64,000 nucleotides of DNA from Candidatus Cloacimonadota bacterium (GTDB lineage: Bacteria; Cloacimonadota; Cloacimonadia; G963667145), in NCBI GenBank assembly GCA_963667255.1, contig OY762940.1, forward strand, positions 1,312,001 to 1,376,000, in the 5' to 3' direction. Both the position numbers and the translations under genes were made by a program. Positions 21,275-31,734 of the stretch are shown one piece after another. The notes under the pieces were generated by a model, which searched no databases, was not told the DNA's origin, and saw only the letters and a program-made list of their open reading frames with translations. Positions within the stretch are counted from its first letter, which is position 1. The number at the start of each line of letters is the position of its first letter.

Positions 21275-21672
21275 CTTTCCTCGTTCAACTCTCTTGTATT
21301 ATCTTCTAAAAATTTCATTTTAACTCTAATAGTGCCAGCGGGCAACAAACTCTCGGCAATTTTTGACCACTCAATAAAACAAATCCCCTGCTCAAAACAC
21401 TCGTCCAAACCAAGCTCATATAACTCATCAACCTCTTGCAATCTATACAAATCCAAATGGAAAATCGGAACTCGCCCCTGATAACAATTCATCAACACAT
21501 AAGACGGACTCGTAATCTCTTCGCTGACTCCCAAATTCTTGCATAACTCCTTAATCAAAAAGGTTTTGCCAACTCCAAGAGGACCGTCAAAAGTTACCAC
21601 AGAGCCAACAACCAGTCTATCAGCCAAATTTCGGGCATAATTTTGGCTATCTCTCTTGCTCCTGATTATCAT
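21271..21672 (-). CDS. tsaE: tRNA t6A biosynthesis ATPase
   Basis: GPLGVGKT, SPSY, HLDLYRL, IEW. Confidence 0.93.
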   Translation of the reverse strand: MIIRSKRDSQNYARNLADRLVVGSVVTFDGPLGVGKTFLIKELCKNLGVSEEITSPSYVLMNCYQGRVPIFHLDLYRLQEVDELYELGLDECFEQGICFIEWSKIAESLLPAGTIRVKMKFLEDNTRELNEER

Positions 21673-22949
21673 AAATCCAACAAAAATTGCTTGAACTCAG
21701 CGTAGTCGGTGCTCATCGGCATTGCAACTTTTTCTCGTTTTGCATAATCTGCCAATCGTTCCGGAAGTTCCACTTTTTCGCCAATTATATTTTCCACCTC
21801 TTCCAAAAATTTAGCCGAATGAGCAGTCTCCGCAAAAACACCGTATTTCCCTTGTGGCAAAAGTTTTTTCAATCCCAAATAAGCGAAAGCCCCATGCGGA
21901 TCCATCAGATATCCAAAATTGTCATAAACCTCTCGGATAGCCACACGAGCCGTCTCATCATCAAAAGATATTCCCTCAAGGTCGTCACGAAATTTGTTCA
22001 AATCGTTTTCATAAAAATCGAACAACCGCCCCATATTACTCGGATTGCCCACATCCATCGCCGAAGCGATAGTGTGAATGGTTTGCTTAGGCTCATAGGC
22101 TCCCGATTGCAAATATCGTGGCATTACATTATTGGCGTTGCAGGAAGCAACCACTTTTTCCACGGGCAAGCCCATCTCTTTGGCAAAAACACAGGCGGTG
22201 AGATTGCCAAAATTGCCACTGGGGATGCTGACCCAAAAACTATCCTGTTTAATCTGCGAAAAAGCCCCAAAATAGTAAAATGATTGCGGAATAAGACGAC
22301 CGATATTGATAGAATTAGCAGAAGAAATCTGCATATTTTCCGCCAAATCCACATCGGATAACGCCGCTTTTGCCAAAGCCTGACACGAATCAAAATCGCC
22401 GGAAACTTCCAACGCCGTGATGTTTTGCCCAAGAGTTGTCAGTTGTTTTTCCTGCAAAGGACTAACTTTGCCCGATGGATACAAAATCACGACTCTTATC
22501 CCCTCAACTCCGAGAAATCCATTGGCGACAGCACTGCCGGTATCTCCAGAGGTCGCAACTACTATCGTGATTTCTCTGTTCAGATTTTTGCCCAATTCCC
22601 GAAGAAGCCGAGACATAAAGCGAGCTCCAAAGTCTTTGAAAGCAAGAGTTGGTCCGTGGAAAAGTTCCAGTGAACCGATGCCATTAGCAATATCCACAAC
22701 AGGAGCGGGAAAATTGATAGAGTTCCCCACAATCTCTTCTATCTGGGAATTGCTCAAATCTTCGTCCAAAAAACTCTTGGCAATTTCCAAAGAAATCTCT
22801 TGCAAACTCATTGCCTTCAATGAAGACAAAAATTTTACCTTCGGCAACGAACACGGCATGTAAAGCCCTTTGTCCTTGGGCATTCCTTGCACGATAGCTG
22901 TGCTCAAATCGACTATTTCGCGTCTGTTATTTGTATTATAAAATTTCAT
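21669..22949 (-). CDS. thrC: Threonine synthase
   Basis: ELFHGPTLAFKDFG, ATSGDTG, NSINIGR, PSGNFGN. Confidence 0.95.
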   Translation of the reverse strand: MKFYNTNNRREIVDLSTAIVQGMPKDKGLYMPCSLPKVKFLSSLKAMSLQEISLEIAKSFLDEDLSNSQIEEIVGNSINFPAPVVDIANGIGSLELFHGPTLAFKDFGARFMSRLLRELGKNLNREITIVVATSGDTGSAVANGFLGVEGIRVVILYPSGKVSPLQEKQLTTLGQNITALEVSGDFDSCQALAKAALSDVDLAENMQISSANSINIGRLIPQSFYYFGAFSQIKQDSFWVSIPSGNFGNLTACVFAKEMGLPVEKVVASCNANNVMPRYLQSGAYEPKQTIHTIASAMDVGNPSNMGRLFDFYENDLNKFRDDLEGISFDDETARVAIREVYDNFGYLMDPHGAFAYLGLKKLLPQGKYGVFAETAHSAKFLEEVENIIGEKVELPERLADYAKREKVAMPMSTDYAEFKQFLLDL

Positions 22950-23155
22950 TCATTCTCCAAGCCATTAAAAATCTATAAACTTCTTTTTTGTCAAGCAGAA
23001 GCCACTACTATATGTTGATAAAACAGCTCTTTTTAGTTGTATTAATAAAAAAGTCTTGTAATTTTTCTTTCTCCCCTTTTTGAAAACTTCAATCTATTTT
23101 TATGATATTTTCACCATTAAAAGTTGAATTAATTTCAGAAAATACTTTGAATTTT

Positions 23156-24220
23156 TTATACAAAAAACGGCAAATACATCTGTGTATAGACTTTTTCGCC
23201 CAAAATGTTCAGTCCTCCTGTCCCAACTCCCAAAAGGCGAACAGGTTTCCCCTTTTCCCAGTGCAACCGCAAAAGTTCCACTATCGCTCCGAAAATTTGC
23301 TCAAAAGTGTCCACACCCACAAAAAAAGTTTTAGTCCGTGTGATAACTCGAAAATCCGCATATTTTATTTTCAAAATCACACTTTTCGCTGTTCTCTTTT
23401 CCCTCTGCAATTTCTCGGCAACAATGTAAGAAAGTTTCTTCAACTCAAATTCCATCTTGCCGATATTCCACAAATCTTGAGCAAAAGTAATCTCTCTCCC
23501 GATAGATTTTTGTTCTCGTGCGGGCATCACAGGTCTATCGTCCACACCTCTTGCCACATGATATAGGTAAACACCGCTTTTGCCAAACTGACGGGTCAAA
23601 TCGTTTATCTGCCAACTGCACAAATCTCCTCCGGTATAGATTCCCATGCTCTTCATTCTTTTTGCTAAAACCTTGCCTATGCCAAAAAATTTCTCAATGG
23701 GAAGCTCTTCCAAAAAAATTTCCGCATCTTCAGGAGAAATCACAGTGAGACCATCGGGCTTATTCATTCCGGAGGCTATTTTCGCCAAAAACTTATTGTA
23801 AGAAACACCAGCAGAAGCTGTGAGCTTGGTCTTCAGCTTTATCGCATTTTTTACCTCTCTCGCCAGATAAGTGGCAGATTTATTACCCAAAAAGCTAACA
23901 TCCAAAAAAGCCTCATCAATAGACAGAGGCTCTACGAGAGGAGTAAAAGAACGGAAAATTTCCATAATCTCGGCGGAAACTTCCCTGTATTTATCGAAAC
24001 CGCCATCAATAAAAATAGCATTCGGACAAAGCTTTTTAGCCCGAATGCAACTCATAGCTGAGTGAACTCCGAAGGCACGAGCCTCATAGGAACAAGTGGA
24101 AACAACGCCTCGCCTTTTCAGAGAACCAATAATAACTGGCTTCCCCGACAGTTTCGGGTTGTCCCGCATCTCCACAGCAGCAAAAAAAGCGTCCATATCA
24201 ACATGGATAATTTTACGCAT
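23156..24220 (-). CDS. dinB: DNA polymerase IV
   Basis: IIHVDMDAFFAAVE, SYEAR, SIDEAFLD, KFLAKIAS..KPDG. Confidence 0.96.
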   Translation of the reverse strand: MRKIIHVDMDAFFAAVEMRDNPKLSGKPVIIGSLKRRGVVSTCSYEARAFGVHSAMSCIRAKKLCPNAIFIDGGFDKYREVSAEIMEIFRSFTPLVEPLSIDEAFLDVSFLGNKSATYLAREVKNAIKLKTKLTASAGVSYNKFLAKIASGMNKPDGLTVISPEDAEIFLEELPIEKFFGIGKVLAKRMKSMGIYTGGDLCSWQINDLTRQFGKSGVYLYHVARGVDDRPVMPAREQKSIGREITFAQDLWNIGKMEFELKKLSYIVAEKLQREKRTAKSVILKIKYADFRVITRTKTFFVGVDTFEQIFGAIVELLRLHWEKGKPVRLLGVGTGGLNILGEKVYTQMYLPFFV

Positions 24221-24247
24221 AATTTACTCTGAAATTTTTGGATAGAA

Positions 24248-25177
24248 CTACAACAACGCTGCCAATATTGCCTTTTGTGCGTGAAGTCTGTTTTCCGACT
24301 CTTGAAAGACTACAGATTGCTTGCCCTCCATAACCTCATCCGTAAGCTCAAATCCGCGATATGCCGGCAAACAATGCATCACAATAGCCGACGACTTGGC
24401 AATTTTCAGAAGTGCATCGTTAACTTGGAAAGGACTGAATTTTTTGACCTTCTCAGCCTTCTCCTCCTCTTGTCCCATACTCACCCAAGTATCCGTGTAT
24501 AAAACATCGGCATCTTGCACGGCATAGCGAACATCGTCCGTCAAAACAAAGCTGCCACCCGATTCTTTCGCCAAAACTTTGGCTTTTCCCACATACTCTT
24601 CCAAAGGATTATATTGAGGCGGAGCAGCTACAACAACATCCATTCCCATCTTGGTGCAACCAATCATCAGAGAATGAGCCACATTATTGCCATCGCCGAG
24701 ATAAACCAGCTTCCTGCCTTTCAGCCCTTTGCCAAAATTCTCTTGAATGGTCATCAAATCAGCCATCACCTGACATGGATGGAGCAAATCCGTAAGCCCG
24801 TTAATCACGGGAATGCTTGCATATTCCGCCAACTCCTCAACATCGCTGTGACTAAATGTCCGTATCATTATTCCGTCAATATAGCCCGACAAAACTCTGG
24901 CAGTATCCTTAATCGGCTCACCTCTGCCCAATTGAGTATCGGAAGCAGACAAAAACATCGGATGTCCACCGAGTTGATACATACCTATCTCAAAAGAGAC
25001 CCTCGTTCTTGTAGAATTTTTTTGGAAAATCATCCCGAGAGATTTTCCCTTCAAGGGCTTAAACTCTTTTCCAGCTTTAAAATCGGCTTTTATCTCGGCA
25101 GCAAAATTTAATAAATACTCTATCTCTTCTTTGCTCCAGTCCTCCAGAGCAATAAAATCTCTACCTTTCAAATCCAT
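24248..25177 (-). CDS. argF: Ornithine carbamoyltransferase
   Basis: STRTR, HPCQ, DTWVSMGQE, HCLP. Confidence 0.93.
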   Translation of the reverse strand: MDLKGRDFIALEDWSKEEIEYLLNFAAEIKADFKAGKEFKPLKGKSLGMIFQKNSTRTRVSFEIGMYQLGGHPMFLSASDTQLGRGEPIKDTARVLSGYIDGIMIRTFSHSDVEELAEYASIPVINGLTDLLHPCQVMADLMTIQENFGKGLKGRKLVYLGDGNNVAHSLMIGCTKMGMDVVVAAPPQYNPLEEYVGKAKVLAKESGGSFVLTDDVRYAVQDADVLYTDTWVSMGQEEEKAEKVKKFSPFQVNDALLKIAKSSAIVMHCLPAYRGFELTDEVMEGKQSVVFQESENRLHAQKAILAALL

Positions 25178-25246
25178 ACTATTTCCTCCTATTTAGTACA
25201 CCTTTGGCTCAGACAAACTCAAAAATTTATCCAATCTTTATGACTC

Positions 25247-25705
25247 CTAACTTTTTTGTAACATTATATTTTTTTCTACTGCTATTACATCACTCGCAAT
25301 TTTTAATTTACAATAAGAATGTCTGCTCTCAAAGCCTTCGTCCCGCAAATTTGTTATCAATTCCAATAAATGCTTTTCACCTTGGGGAGACAACACGGCA
25401 AACTCGTCTCCAAAGCGATATCTAAAAAGCAAATCTCCTTTTCCTGACAATCTAACCAAAGCCTCTGCAAACTTTTGCAAAATTTTGTCCGCTCCACTAT
25501 ATCCATATTTTTTATTACAATCCGAAAAAGAACACAAATCAATTAACATAAAATAATAACCGCACCCCAGCTTCGAGGGCAAAATTTCGTTAAATGCACG
25601 GTGGTTTGCCAAGCCAGTCAAAAAGTCCGTCTTTGCCTTTGCTTTCCAACTCTTTCCCCAAAAAAACAGCAAGCAACAAATCACTCCAAACAAAATTGAT
25701 TGCAT
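25247..25705 (-). CDS. Membrane-anchored short GGDEF-domain protein, degenerate
   Basis: TDFLTGLANHRAF; active-site loop YRFGDEF. Confidence 0.7.
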   Translation of the reverse strand: MQSILFGVICCLLFFWGKSWKAKAKTDFLTGLANHRAFNEILPSKLGCGYYFMLIDLCSFSDCNKKYGYSGADKILQKFAEALVRLSGKGDLLFRYRFGDEFAVLSPQGEKHLLELITNLRDEGFESRHSYCKLKIASDVIAVEKNIMLQKS

Positions 25706-25714
25706 CTATCCTGA

Positions 25715-27043
25715 TTAGCGAAGAGGAAAATTATTTTTTTGCAAATAATCGTAGCGGACATTTTTCCCATTTTGATAACACATGGCAATAATAGAATCTT
25801 GAGACTCTTTGAGTCCGCAATAATCTGCAAAATCCAAAGACTTGATAATAGCTGCAAAAACTCTCAAAGCCCCAGAATGGTCAACGAGCAACACTCTTTT
25901 GCCTATATTTGACTTTAGCAATCCAACAAAACTATACCCAATCCTCCAATCTGCCTCAATAAGTGTCTCACCCTCAGGATAATGAAAAAACCGATTTTTA
26001 AACATCGCTTTGATTTTTTTCAACTGCTCACTTCTTTCTTTGCCCCAAAATGTAGAATCAGTAACATCCAATATTTGCTCATTAATTTCGTTTTTATACT
26101 TATGAGTTAGTGCTCCGTATTTTTGTGAATTTAATCCGAAAATTTCCTTAAAATCAATATCCAAATATCCTGAGGCTTTCAAAAAATTTTCCGCTGTCTG
26201 TTTGGTATTTACAGACTCGCTCCCGAAAACAGTCACTTTATCTTCCTTTCTCCACAGCGGAACATTTTCTCTCTCCAAAATATCAACGGCAATCTTGAAA
26301 TCTTCCCCCAAATTTTGAGCTTTTACCTTTCCTTCTTCATGCAAATTGTTGTGTACAGAACCTGAAATCCTCTTATTGCCTTGCCAAGTATCCCAATATC
26401 CAGAACCTACAAATTTAGGATTTTCTCCTCCCGAATCATGCTCAGAGCGACCGTGACGAATAAGGAACAAATGCGTTTGATTAATCGGCACATAACCTTC
26501 AGGATAAACCGGCATCGCTTTTTTATTGGGAAACCAAACTATCTTCTCCCGCATTTTTCTGCCTGAACCATCATCCAACAACCGACCTTCTAACCGTGGA
26601 GAACCATCAGGCAAACTCGCCATATCGCTAGCTAAAACCAATTTACCCCTGTATCTTTTCTGACCTGAATAAAGATACGGAATATTTTTCGCACTGAGAA
26701 CTCTTTTGAAAGCATCTAAAGAAAATTTCTGTTGCAAAAGTTTCTTGAAACTGTCTCCTCTAATAAGACCGTTCCAAGCCAAATAGAAAAGATGTTTATT
26801 TCTGGCATTATCCGTAATAAACTTATTTTTATTCTTAATATAACTTTCCGGAGTCGTGTTATCATCGAGATAAAGCACAAAAAAATAAATTTTTCTTCCT
26901 AACTCCGTCAACTCGTCCAAAAGAGTCTGCGTAACCTCGATATCAAGTTTATTGTCATAAAAAACATTTAAAACAGCAATATCGCGTTCTACATCCTTTT
27001 TACTATAAACATTAGCAAACTCTGCGTGTTTACCGGCAGACAT
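25715..27043 (-). CDS. Histidine-phosphatase superfamily protein with unknown N-terminal domain
   Basis: LFLIRHG, PEGET, VLLVDHSGALR in the C-terminal half; GGAGG RBS. Confidence 0.65.
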   Translation of the reverse strand: MSAGKHAEFANVYSKKDVERDIAVLNVFYDNKLDIEVTQTLLDELTELGRKIYFFVLYLDDNTTPESYIKNKNKFITDNARNKHLFYLAWNGLIRGDSFKKLLQQKFSLDAFKRVLSAKNIPYLYSGQKRYRGKLVLASDMASLPDGSPRLEGRLLDDGSGRKMREKIVWFPNKKAMPVYPEGYVPINQTHLFLIRHGRSEHDSGGENPKFVGSGYWDTWQGNKRISGSVHNNLHEEGKVKAQNLGEDFKIAVDILERENVPLWRKEDKVTVFGSESVNTKQTAENFLKASGYLDIDFKEIFGLNSQKYGALTHKYKNEINEQILDVTDSTFWGKERSEQLKKIKAMFKNRFFHYPEGETLIEADWRIGYSFVGLLKSNIGKRVLLVDHSGALRVFAAIIKSLDFADYCGLKESQDSIIAMCYQNGKNVRYDYLQKNNFPLR

Positions 27044-27083
27044 AACTCCTCCAAATTGTTTTACTTAGATAAATTTCTTTCTC

Positions 27084-28253
27084 CTATAAAATCTTCCCCA
27101 ATATCTCGACAGCTTTGTCCACCTCTTGTTTGGTAACATTCAGAGCGGGCAAAAAACGCAAAGTCTGACTTCCGCATGTGCAAAACAACAGCCCTTGCGT
27201 AACAGCCTTTTTCATAACTTCCTTGGCTATCGGCTCCGTCAACTCCACACCTATCATCAAACCCAATCCTCTTATTTCCTTAACCTTGTCGTTATCCAAT
27301 TCTCCGATTTTTTTTCGGAAATACTCGCCGCTCTCCTGAACATTTTGCAAAAAATCTTTCTGACAAATAATCTTCACAATAGTCTGGGCAACACCACAAA
27401 CAAACGGATTTCCCCCGAAAGTAGAGCCGTGATCGCCGGGAGCAAAAGCTGAGGCAACACTATCTTTCGCCAAAAAAGCACCAATAGGCAAACCACCACC
27501 CAACGCTTTGGCACAAGTGATAATGTCCGGTCTAATGCCACTGTGCTCATAAGCAAAGAACTTTCCCGTCCTTCCTATTCCCGACTGCACCTCATCACAA
27601 ATAAGCAAAATCTTGTTTTCATTGCACAACTTTTCCAAACCTTGCATAAAATCGACAGGCAAAACATTCACTCCGCCTTCCCCTTGCACAGGTTCGACCA
27701 AAATCCCACAAACAGTCTCATCTATCTTTTTGCTGATTTCCGCCAAATCCGCATCAACATAATCTATTCCCTGCAAAAGCGGAGAAAAATACTGATGAAA
27801 ACTCTCCTGACCTGTCGCTGTGAGGGTCGCCAAAGTTCTCCCGTGAAAAGAACCGTTCAAAGTCAAAATCTTATTCTTCCCCGCATTAAAATTCTTGTGA
27901 GCCCATATCCTTGCCAATTTAATTGCTCCTTCGTTAGCCTCAGCACCGGAGTTTGCAAAAAAGGCTTTGTCCCCGCAACTATTCTCCACCAACAATTCAG
28001 CCAAATCAATTTGCTCTTTAGTCCAGTAGTAATTGGAACAATGAATAATCTTCTTGGATTGTCGGGCAATCTCGGCTACCATTTGCTCGGGACAATGCCC
28101 GAGAGCGTTAACGGCTATGCCACCCAAAAAATCCAAATACTCTTTACCCTGAACATCTTGAACAACATTCCCTTTCCCTTTCTCCAAAACAATCGGCAAT
28201 CTCCCGTAGGTGTTCATCAAATATTTCTGACCTTTCTCTATCAACTCTTGCAC
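27084..28253 (-). CDS. argD: Acetylornithine aminotransferase
   Basis: NSGAEANE, SFHGRT, EPVQGEGG, DEVQSG, AKALGGG, HGSTFGGNP. Confidence 0.9.
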   Translation of the reverse strand: MQELIEKGQKYLMNTYGRLPIVLEKGKGNVVQDVQGKEYLDFLGGIAVNALGHCPEQMVAEIARQSKKIIHCSNYYWTKEQIDLAELLVENSCGDKAFFANSGAEANEGAIKLARIWAHKNFNAGKNKILTLNGSFHGRTLATLTATGQESFHQYFSPLLQGIDYVDADLAEISKKIDETVCGILVEPVQGEGGVNVLPVDFMQGLEKLCNENKILLICDEVQSGIGRTGKFFAYEHSGIRPDIITCAKALGGGLPIGAFLAKDSVASAFAPGDHGSTFGGNPFVCGVAQTIVKIICQKDFLQNVQESGEYFRKKIGELDNDKVKEIRGLGLMIGVELTEPIAKEVMKKAVTQGLLFCTCGSQTLRFLPALNVTKQEVDKAVEILGKIL

Positions 28254-28271
28254 TTCATATCTCCTTGGTTT

Positions 28272-28799
28272 TTACTTCATCATATACAATCGAGCACAAG
28301 CCCGAGCATCACTAAGAGCTTCGTGATGATTTAGCTCTATACCCATCTTATCTGCACACGCTTTCAGATTAGCAGGCTTAAACCCCTTCTTCCTGTATAT
28401 CTTGAGTGTGCATTCCCAACAATCTGGCAAGCATAAATCCGCATAATCGAGTCCCATCTCCCGCATACTTTCCTGCAAAACTCTCCGGTCAAAGCTCTCG
28501 TTATGAGCAACAACAACATTAGAATGCAAAAGATTACGCAAGATAGGATAAATCTCTCTGAAACTGGGAGCACTCTCCGTGTCGGCAGCCGTTATCCCGT
28601 GGACTTGGATATTGTGGTAATTGTAGTAATTTCCCCTCGGACGCACCAACGAATAAAATTCATCAACAATTCGACCGCTTTTTACACTCACCACAGCGAC
28701 AGCACAAACTCTAAAAGAGACTGCCGTTTCAAAATCTATCGCCACAAAATCGGGCTTGACCGATAGACAGCTACACGACTCAAAATCTAAATTACCCAT
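28272..28799 (-). CDS. DEDDh 3'-5' exonuclease (DnaQ-like)
   Basis: AIDFET, VAHN..FD, HHEALSDA. Confidence 0.9.
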   Translation of the reverse strand: MGNLDFESCSCLSVKPDFVAIDFETAVSFRVCAVAVVSVKSGRIVDEFYSLVRPRGNYYNYHNIQVHGITAADTESAPSFREIYPILRNLLHSNVVVAHNESFDRRVLQESMREMGLDYADLCLPDCWECTLKIYRKKGFKPANLKACADKMGIELNHHEALSDARACARLYMMK

Positions 28800-28873
28800 A
28801 TCAAGAGTTAATCAAAATTTCAACAAATTTCTGCCAAGATGTTTTTCTCACTTTTACTATTTTTTATAAAATC

Positions 28874-29380
28874 TTATCCTCTGTGCAAGGGAGCATTTTT
28901 CGGCTCTTTCCCTTTCAACTCGCCGTGGTAATAAGCGTAAGTCATAGGAATCAAGTTCGCATCAAAACTCACTGCATCCTCTACTTCTCCGAAGAAAACC
29001 GTGTGAGTGTGAACATCAATCTTATCCACAACTTTGAGCGAAATCCCACCTACAGTTTTAAAAGGAATCAGAGGCACACCTGTAGAAGAAAGCTCATATT
29101 TATATTTGGCAAACTTGTCATACTCTCTACCACCTCTAAATCCAAAATTACCTATATCCACCATTTCCCACTGCGTTGATACGATGGAAATCGAAAATTT
29201 CCCGCTTTTACTGATAAGCTCGTGCGTATAATTTTCTTTATTTATCGAAACAGCCACTATCTGAGGCTTAGAGCTGATTTGAAACGAAGTGTTGGCTATC
29301 TGAGCATTAACCTTGTCATCTGCCTTTGCACCAATCACATACATCCCGTAACTCATACTATACAAAACATTATTGTCCAT
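28874..29380 (-). CDS. Flavin reductase family protein
   Basis: SYGMYVIG, FGFRGGR..DKF, THTVFFGEV; ATG 29380 with AGGAG. Confidence 0.88.
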   Translation of the reverse strand: MDNNVLYSMSYGMYVIGAKADDKVNAQIANTSFQISSKPQIVAVSINKENYTHELISKSGKFSISIVSTQWEMVDIGNFGFRGGREYDKFAKYKYELSSTGVPLIPFKTVGGISLKVVDKIDVHTHTVFFGEVEDAVSFDANLIPMTYAYYHGELKGKEPKNAPLHRG

Positions 29381-29396
29381 TATTTTCTCCTGATTC

Positions 29397-29424
29397 AAAA
29401 AAAGGGTCACCCGCAGATGACCCC
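29397..29424 (-). terminator. Intrinsic terminator after rubredoxin
   Basis: GGGTCA/TGACCC stem, U7 tract on minus strand. Confidence 0.65.
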
Positions 29425-29433
29425 ACACAATTA

Positions 29434-29571
29434 TTACATTTTAGAAAATTTATCTTTCCCCACACCACAAACCGGACATTCCCAATCATCCGGCAAATTA
29501 GCAAAAGGAATATTGTTGTTTTCTTCAGGGTCATACACATAACCACAAACAGTGCATTCGTATCTATCCAT
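29434..29571 (-). CDS. Rubredoxin, 45 aa
   Basis: Manual translation [53 protein letters not shown]. Confidence 0.95.
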   Translation of the reverse strand: MDRYECTVCGYVYDPEENNNIPFANLPDDWECPVCGVGKDKFSKM

Positions 29572-29595
29572 TTTATCCTCCTTCAGAATAAATTT

Positions 29596-30129
29596 CTAAT
29601 AATTTTCACACCAAACTTCAAAATAAGCTTTCGGATGCTTACAAGCTGGACATTTCTCTGGAGCCTCGCTACCCTCGTGAATGTAACCGCAGTTCAAGCA
29701 TTTCCACTTAATCGGAGACGATTTTTTGAAAACAACACCATCTTCGATATTTTTTAACAACTTTTTGTATCTCATCTCGTGCTTAGCTTCCACTTCGGCT
29801 ATTTTTTCAAACATAACCGCAATATCCTCAAAACCTTCTTCTCTCGCCTCTTTCGCCATACGAGGATACATCTCAGTCCACTCTTCGTTTTCGCCAGCAG
29901 CAGCTGCTTTCAGATTAGCCATCGTATCGCCCAAGAGTCCCAAAGCCTTAAACTCCAACTTTGCATGCTCTTTTTCGTTTTCAGCGGTTTCCTCAAATAT
30001 TTTGGAAATTTGCTCGTAACCTTCTTTCTTAGCCACCTTGGCAAAATATGTATATTTGTTGCGTGCTTGAGATTCACCCGCAAACGACTCTAACAAATTT
30101 TTTTCAGTTCTTGTTCCTTTCAAACTCAT
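29596..30129 (-). CDS. rbr: Rubrerythrin
   Basis: FAGESQARNKY, ENEKEH, C-terminal CLNC...CPAC; ATG 30129 with GGAGG. Confidence 0.94.
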   Translation of the reverse strand: MSLKGTRTEKNLLESFAGESQARNKYTYFAKVAKKEGYEQISKIFEETAENEKEHAKLEFKALGLLGDTMANLKAAAAGENEEWTEMYPRMAKEAREEGFEDIAVMFEKIAEVEAKHEMRYKKLLKNIEDGVVFKKSSPIKWKCLNCGYIHEGSEAPEKCPACKHPKAYFEVWCENY

Positions 30130-30156
30130 TCTTTCCTCCATTTTCCCCAAACTATC

Positions 30157-30507
30157 CTAATCTTCCAAATCTATACTGTTTTCCCACAGCCCGTGTAGAT
30201 TGCAAAGAGACACGGCAAAAAGAGTTTTGAATTTCCCTTTTTTGATGTGCGTCTTCACATACGGAATGGTGTTCTCTCTACCCAACTCAAATCTCGTGAT
30301 AAAAACTATTTTATCATCTTTTGTCAGAGCGTGCAAAGCGATGTGCTCGATAAAATGCTCCGGCATACTCGGATGAAAAATATTTTCCCCTACTTTCACG
30401 GTTACAGCCAACTCTCCACAGGTGCTACAAGGCTTTACCTCTATAAAAGGCGTATGCTTTTCCGTTCCTTCTGATTCTGATTTTTTCATATAATTTCCTA
30501 ATGACAT
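30157..30507 (-). CDS. Superoxide reductase, 1Fe/neelaredoxin-like
   Basis: EKHTP, HP...HFI, CNLHGLW. Confidence 0.88.
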   Translation of the reverse strand: MSLGNYMKKSESEGTEKHTPFIEVKPCSTCGELAVTVKVGENIFHPSMPEHFIEHIALHALTKDDKIVFITRFELGRENTIPYVKTHIKKGKFKTLFAVSLCNLHGLWENSIDLED

Positions 30508-30516
30508 CTTTTCCTC

Positions 30517-31689
30517 CTATTGTTTTTCTGCCAATTCTCTCATAAAGTCGTTCCGCATCTCTTCCAACAATTCCTCTTTCGGCACATATTGCAACCTGTA
30601 AGAATTCATCATCTCAAATCCCGCATCTTGCAAAATCTTGTTCACTATACCTACACTCTGTCCTCCCCATCCGTAACTACCAAAGGCAAGCCCAATCCTC
30701 TTTTTGGGAGCTAACCCACTAAGATAACACAAAAACGAAGCAACCGTAGGCAAGATATTGTTATTGAGCGTCGGAGAACCAACACAAATATATTTACTAT
30801 CCACCAATTTCGTCATAACATCCGAAATATGAGTATGTTGCAAATTTACCAACTCAGCCGAAATATTTTCCCCCTCGAAAACATCCATCAAAACTTCCGC
30901 CATCGTCTTGGTAGAGCCCCACATCGTATCATAAATCACCAACGCCTTTTCCTTGGTTTCGTTGGCAGACCACTGTTTATACAGCGAAACAATTTGCTCT
31001 ATATGCTCATGCCAAATAATCCCATGACTGGGACAAATAAAATCGATATCCAAGCCATCAACAGTCTGCAAAGCCTTTTGGACCTGCATCCCATACGGCA
31101 AAACGATATTTGCATAATACTTCTTCGCTTCCTCCAAGATTACCGACAAAGGGTATTCGTTGTCCAATCGCTCGGAACTGGAAATGTGCTGTCCAAAAGC
31201 GTCGTTGGAAAACAGAATTTTCTCCTCGGGACAATATGTTACCATGTTATCTGGCCAATGCACCATCGGAGTTTGCACAAATTTCAGCGTCCTCTTCCCA
31301 AGAGAAAGCTCATCTCCGGTCTTCACAATCATATAATCCCAATCACCACCAAAATGTGCTTCCAAGCCATCTTTCGCTTTCTGATTGGTAACCACTTTAG
31401 CCTTCGGAGCCAGAGCCACCACTTGTGGCAACGCACCCGAGTGGTCCATCTCAACATGATTTTGCACAATGTAATCAATATCGGCGACATCCACAACACT
31501 GGAAATCCTCTCCAAAAGTTCAGATGCCAAATAATGCTTGGCACTATCAATCAACACTATTTTTTCATCAACTATGAGGTAAGCATTATATGTCGAACCC
31601 CTTTGTGTCAAATATCCGTGAAAATTCCGCAAATCCCAATCTATTCCACCAACCCAATATACGCCCTTCTTCAATTCTTTTGCATCCAA
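30517..31689 (-). CDS. fprA: Flavodiiron protein (type A flavoprotein)
   Basis: HVEMDHSG, HWPD, SNDAFGQH, PSHG, flavodoxin domain FGSYGW. Confidence 0.94.
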   Translation of the reverse strand: MDAKELKKGVYWVGGIDWDLRNFHGYLTQRGSTYNAYLIVDEKIVLIDSAKHYLASELLERISSVVDVADIDYIVQNHVEMDHSGALPQVVALAPKAKVVTNQKAKDGLEAHFGGDWDYMIVKTGDELSLGKRTLKFVQTPMVHWPDNMVTYCPEEKILFSNDAFGQHISSSERLDNEYPLSVILEEAKKYYANIVLPYGMQVQKALQTVDGLDIDFICPSHGIIWHEHIEQIVSLYKQWSANETKEKALVIYDTMWGSTKTMAEVLMDVFEGENISAELVNLQHTHISDVMTKLVDSKYICVGSPTLNNNILPTVASFLCYLSGLAPKKRIGLAFGSYGWGGQSVGIVNKILQDAGFEMMNSYRLQYVPKEELLEEMRNDFMRELAEKQ

Positions 31690-31734
31690 ATTAACCTCCT
31701 TCAGTTAGCAATCAACAAACAAAATCAATTCTCT

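Noticed and set aside
24221..24247. SOS box before dinB
   Set aside because: No recognisable LexA palindrome in the 27-nt gap.
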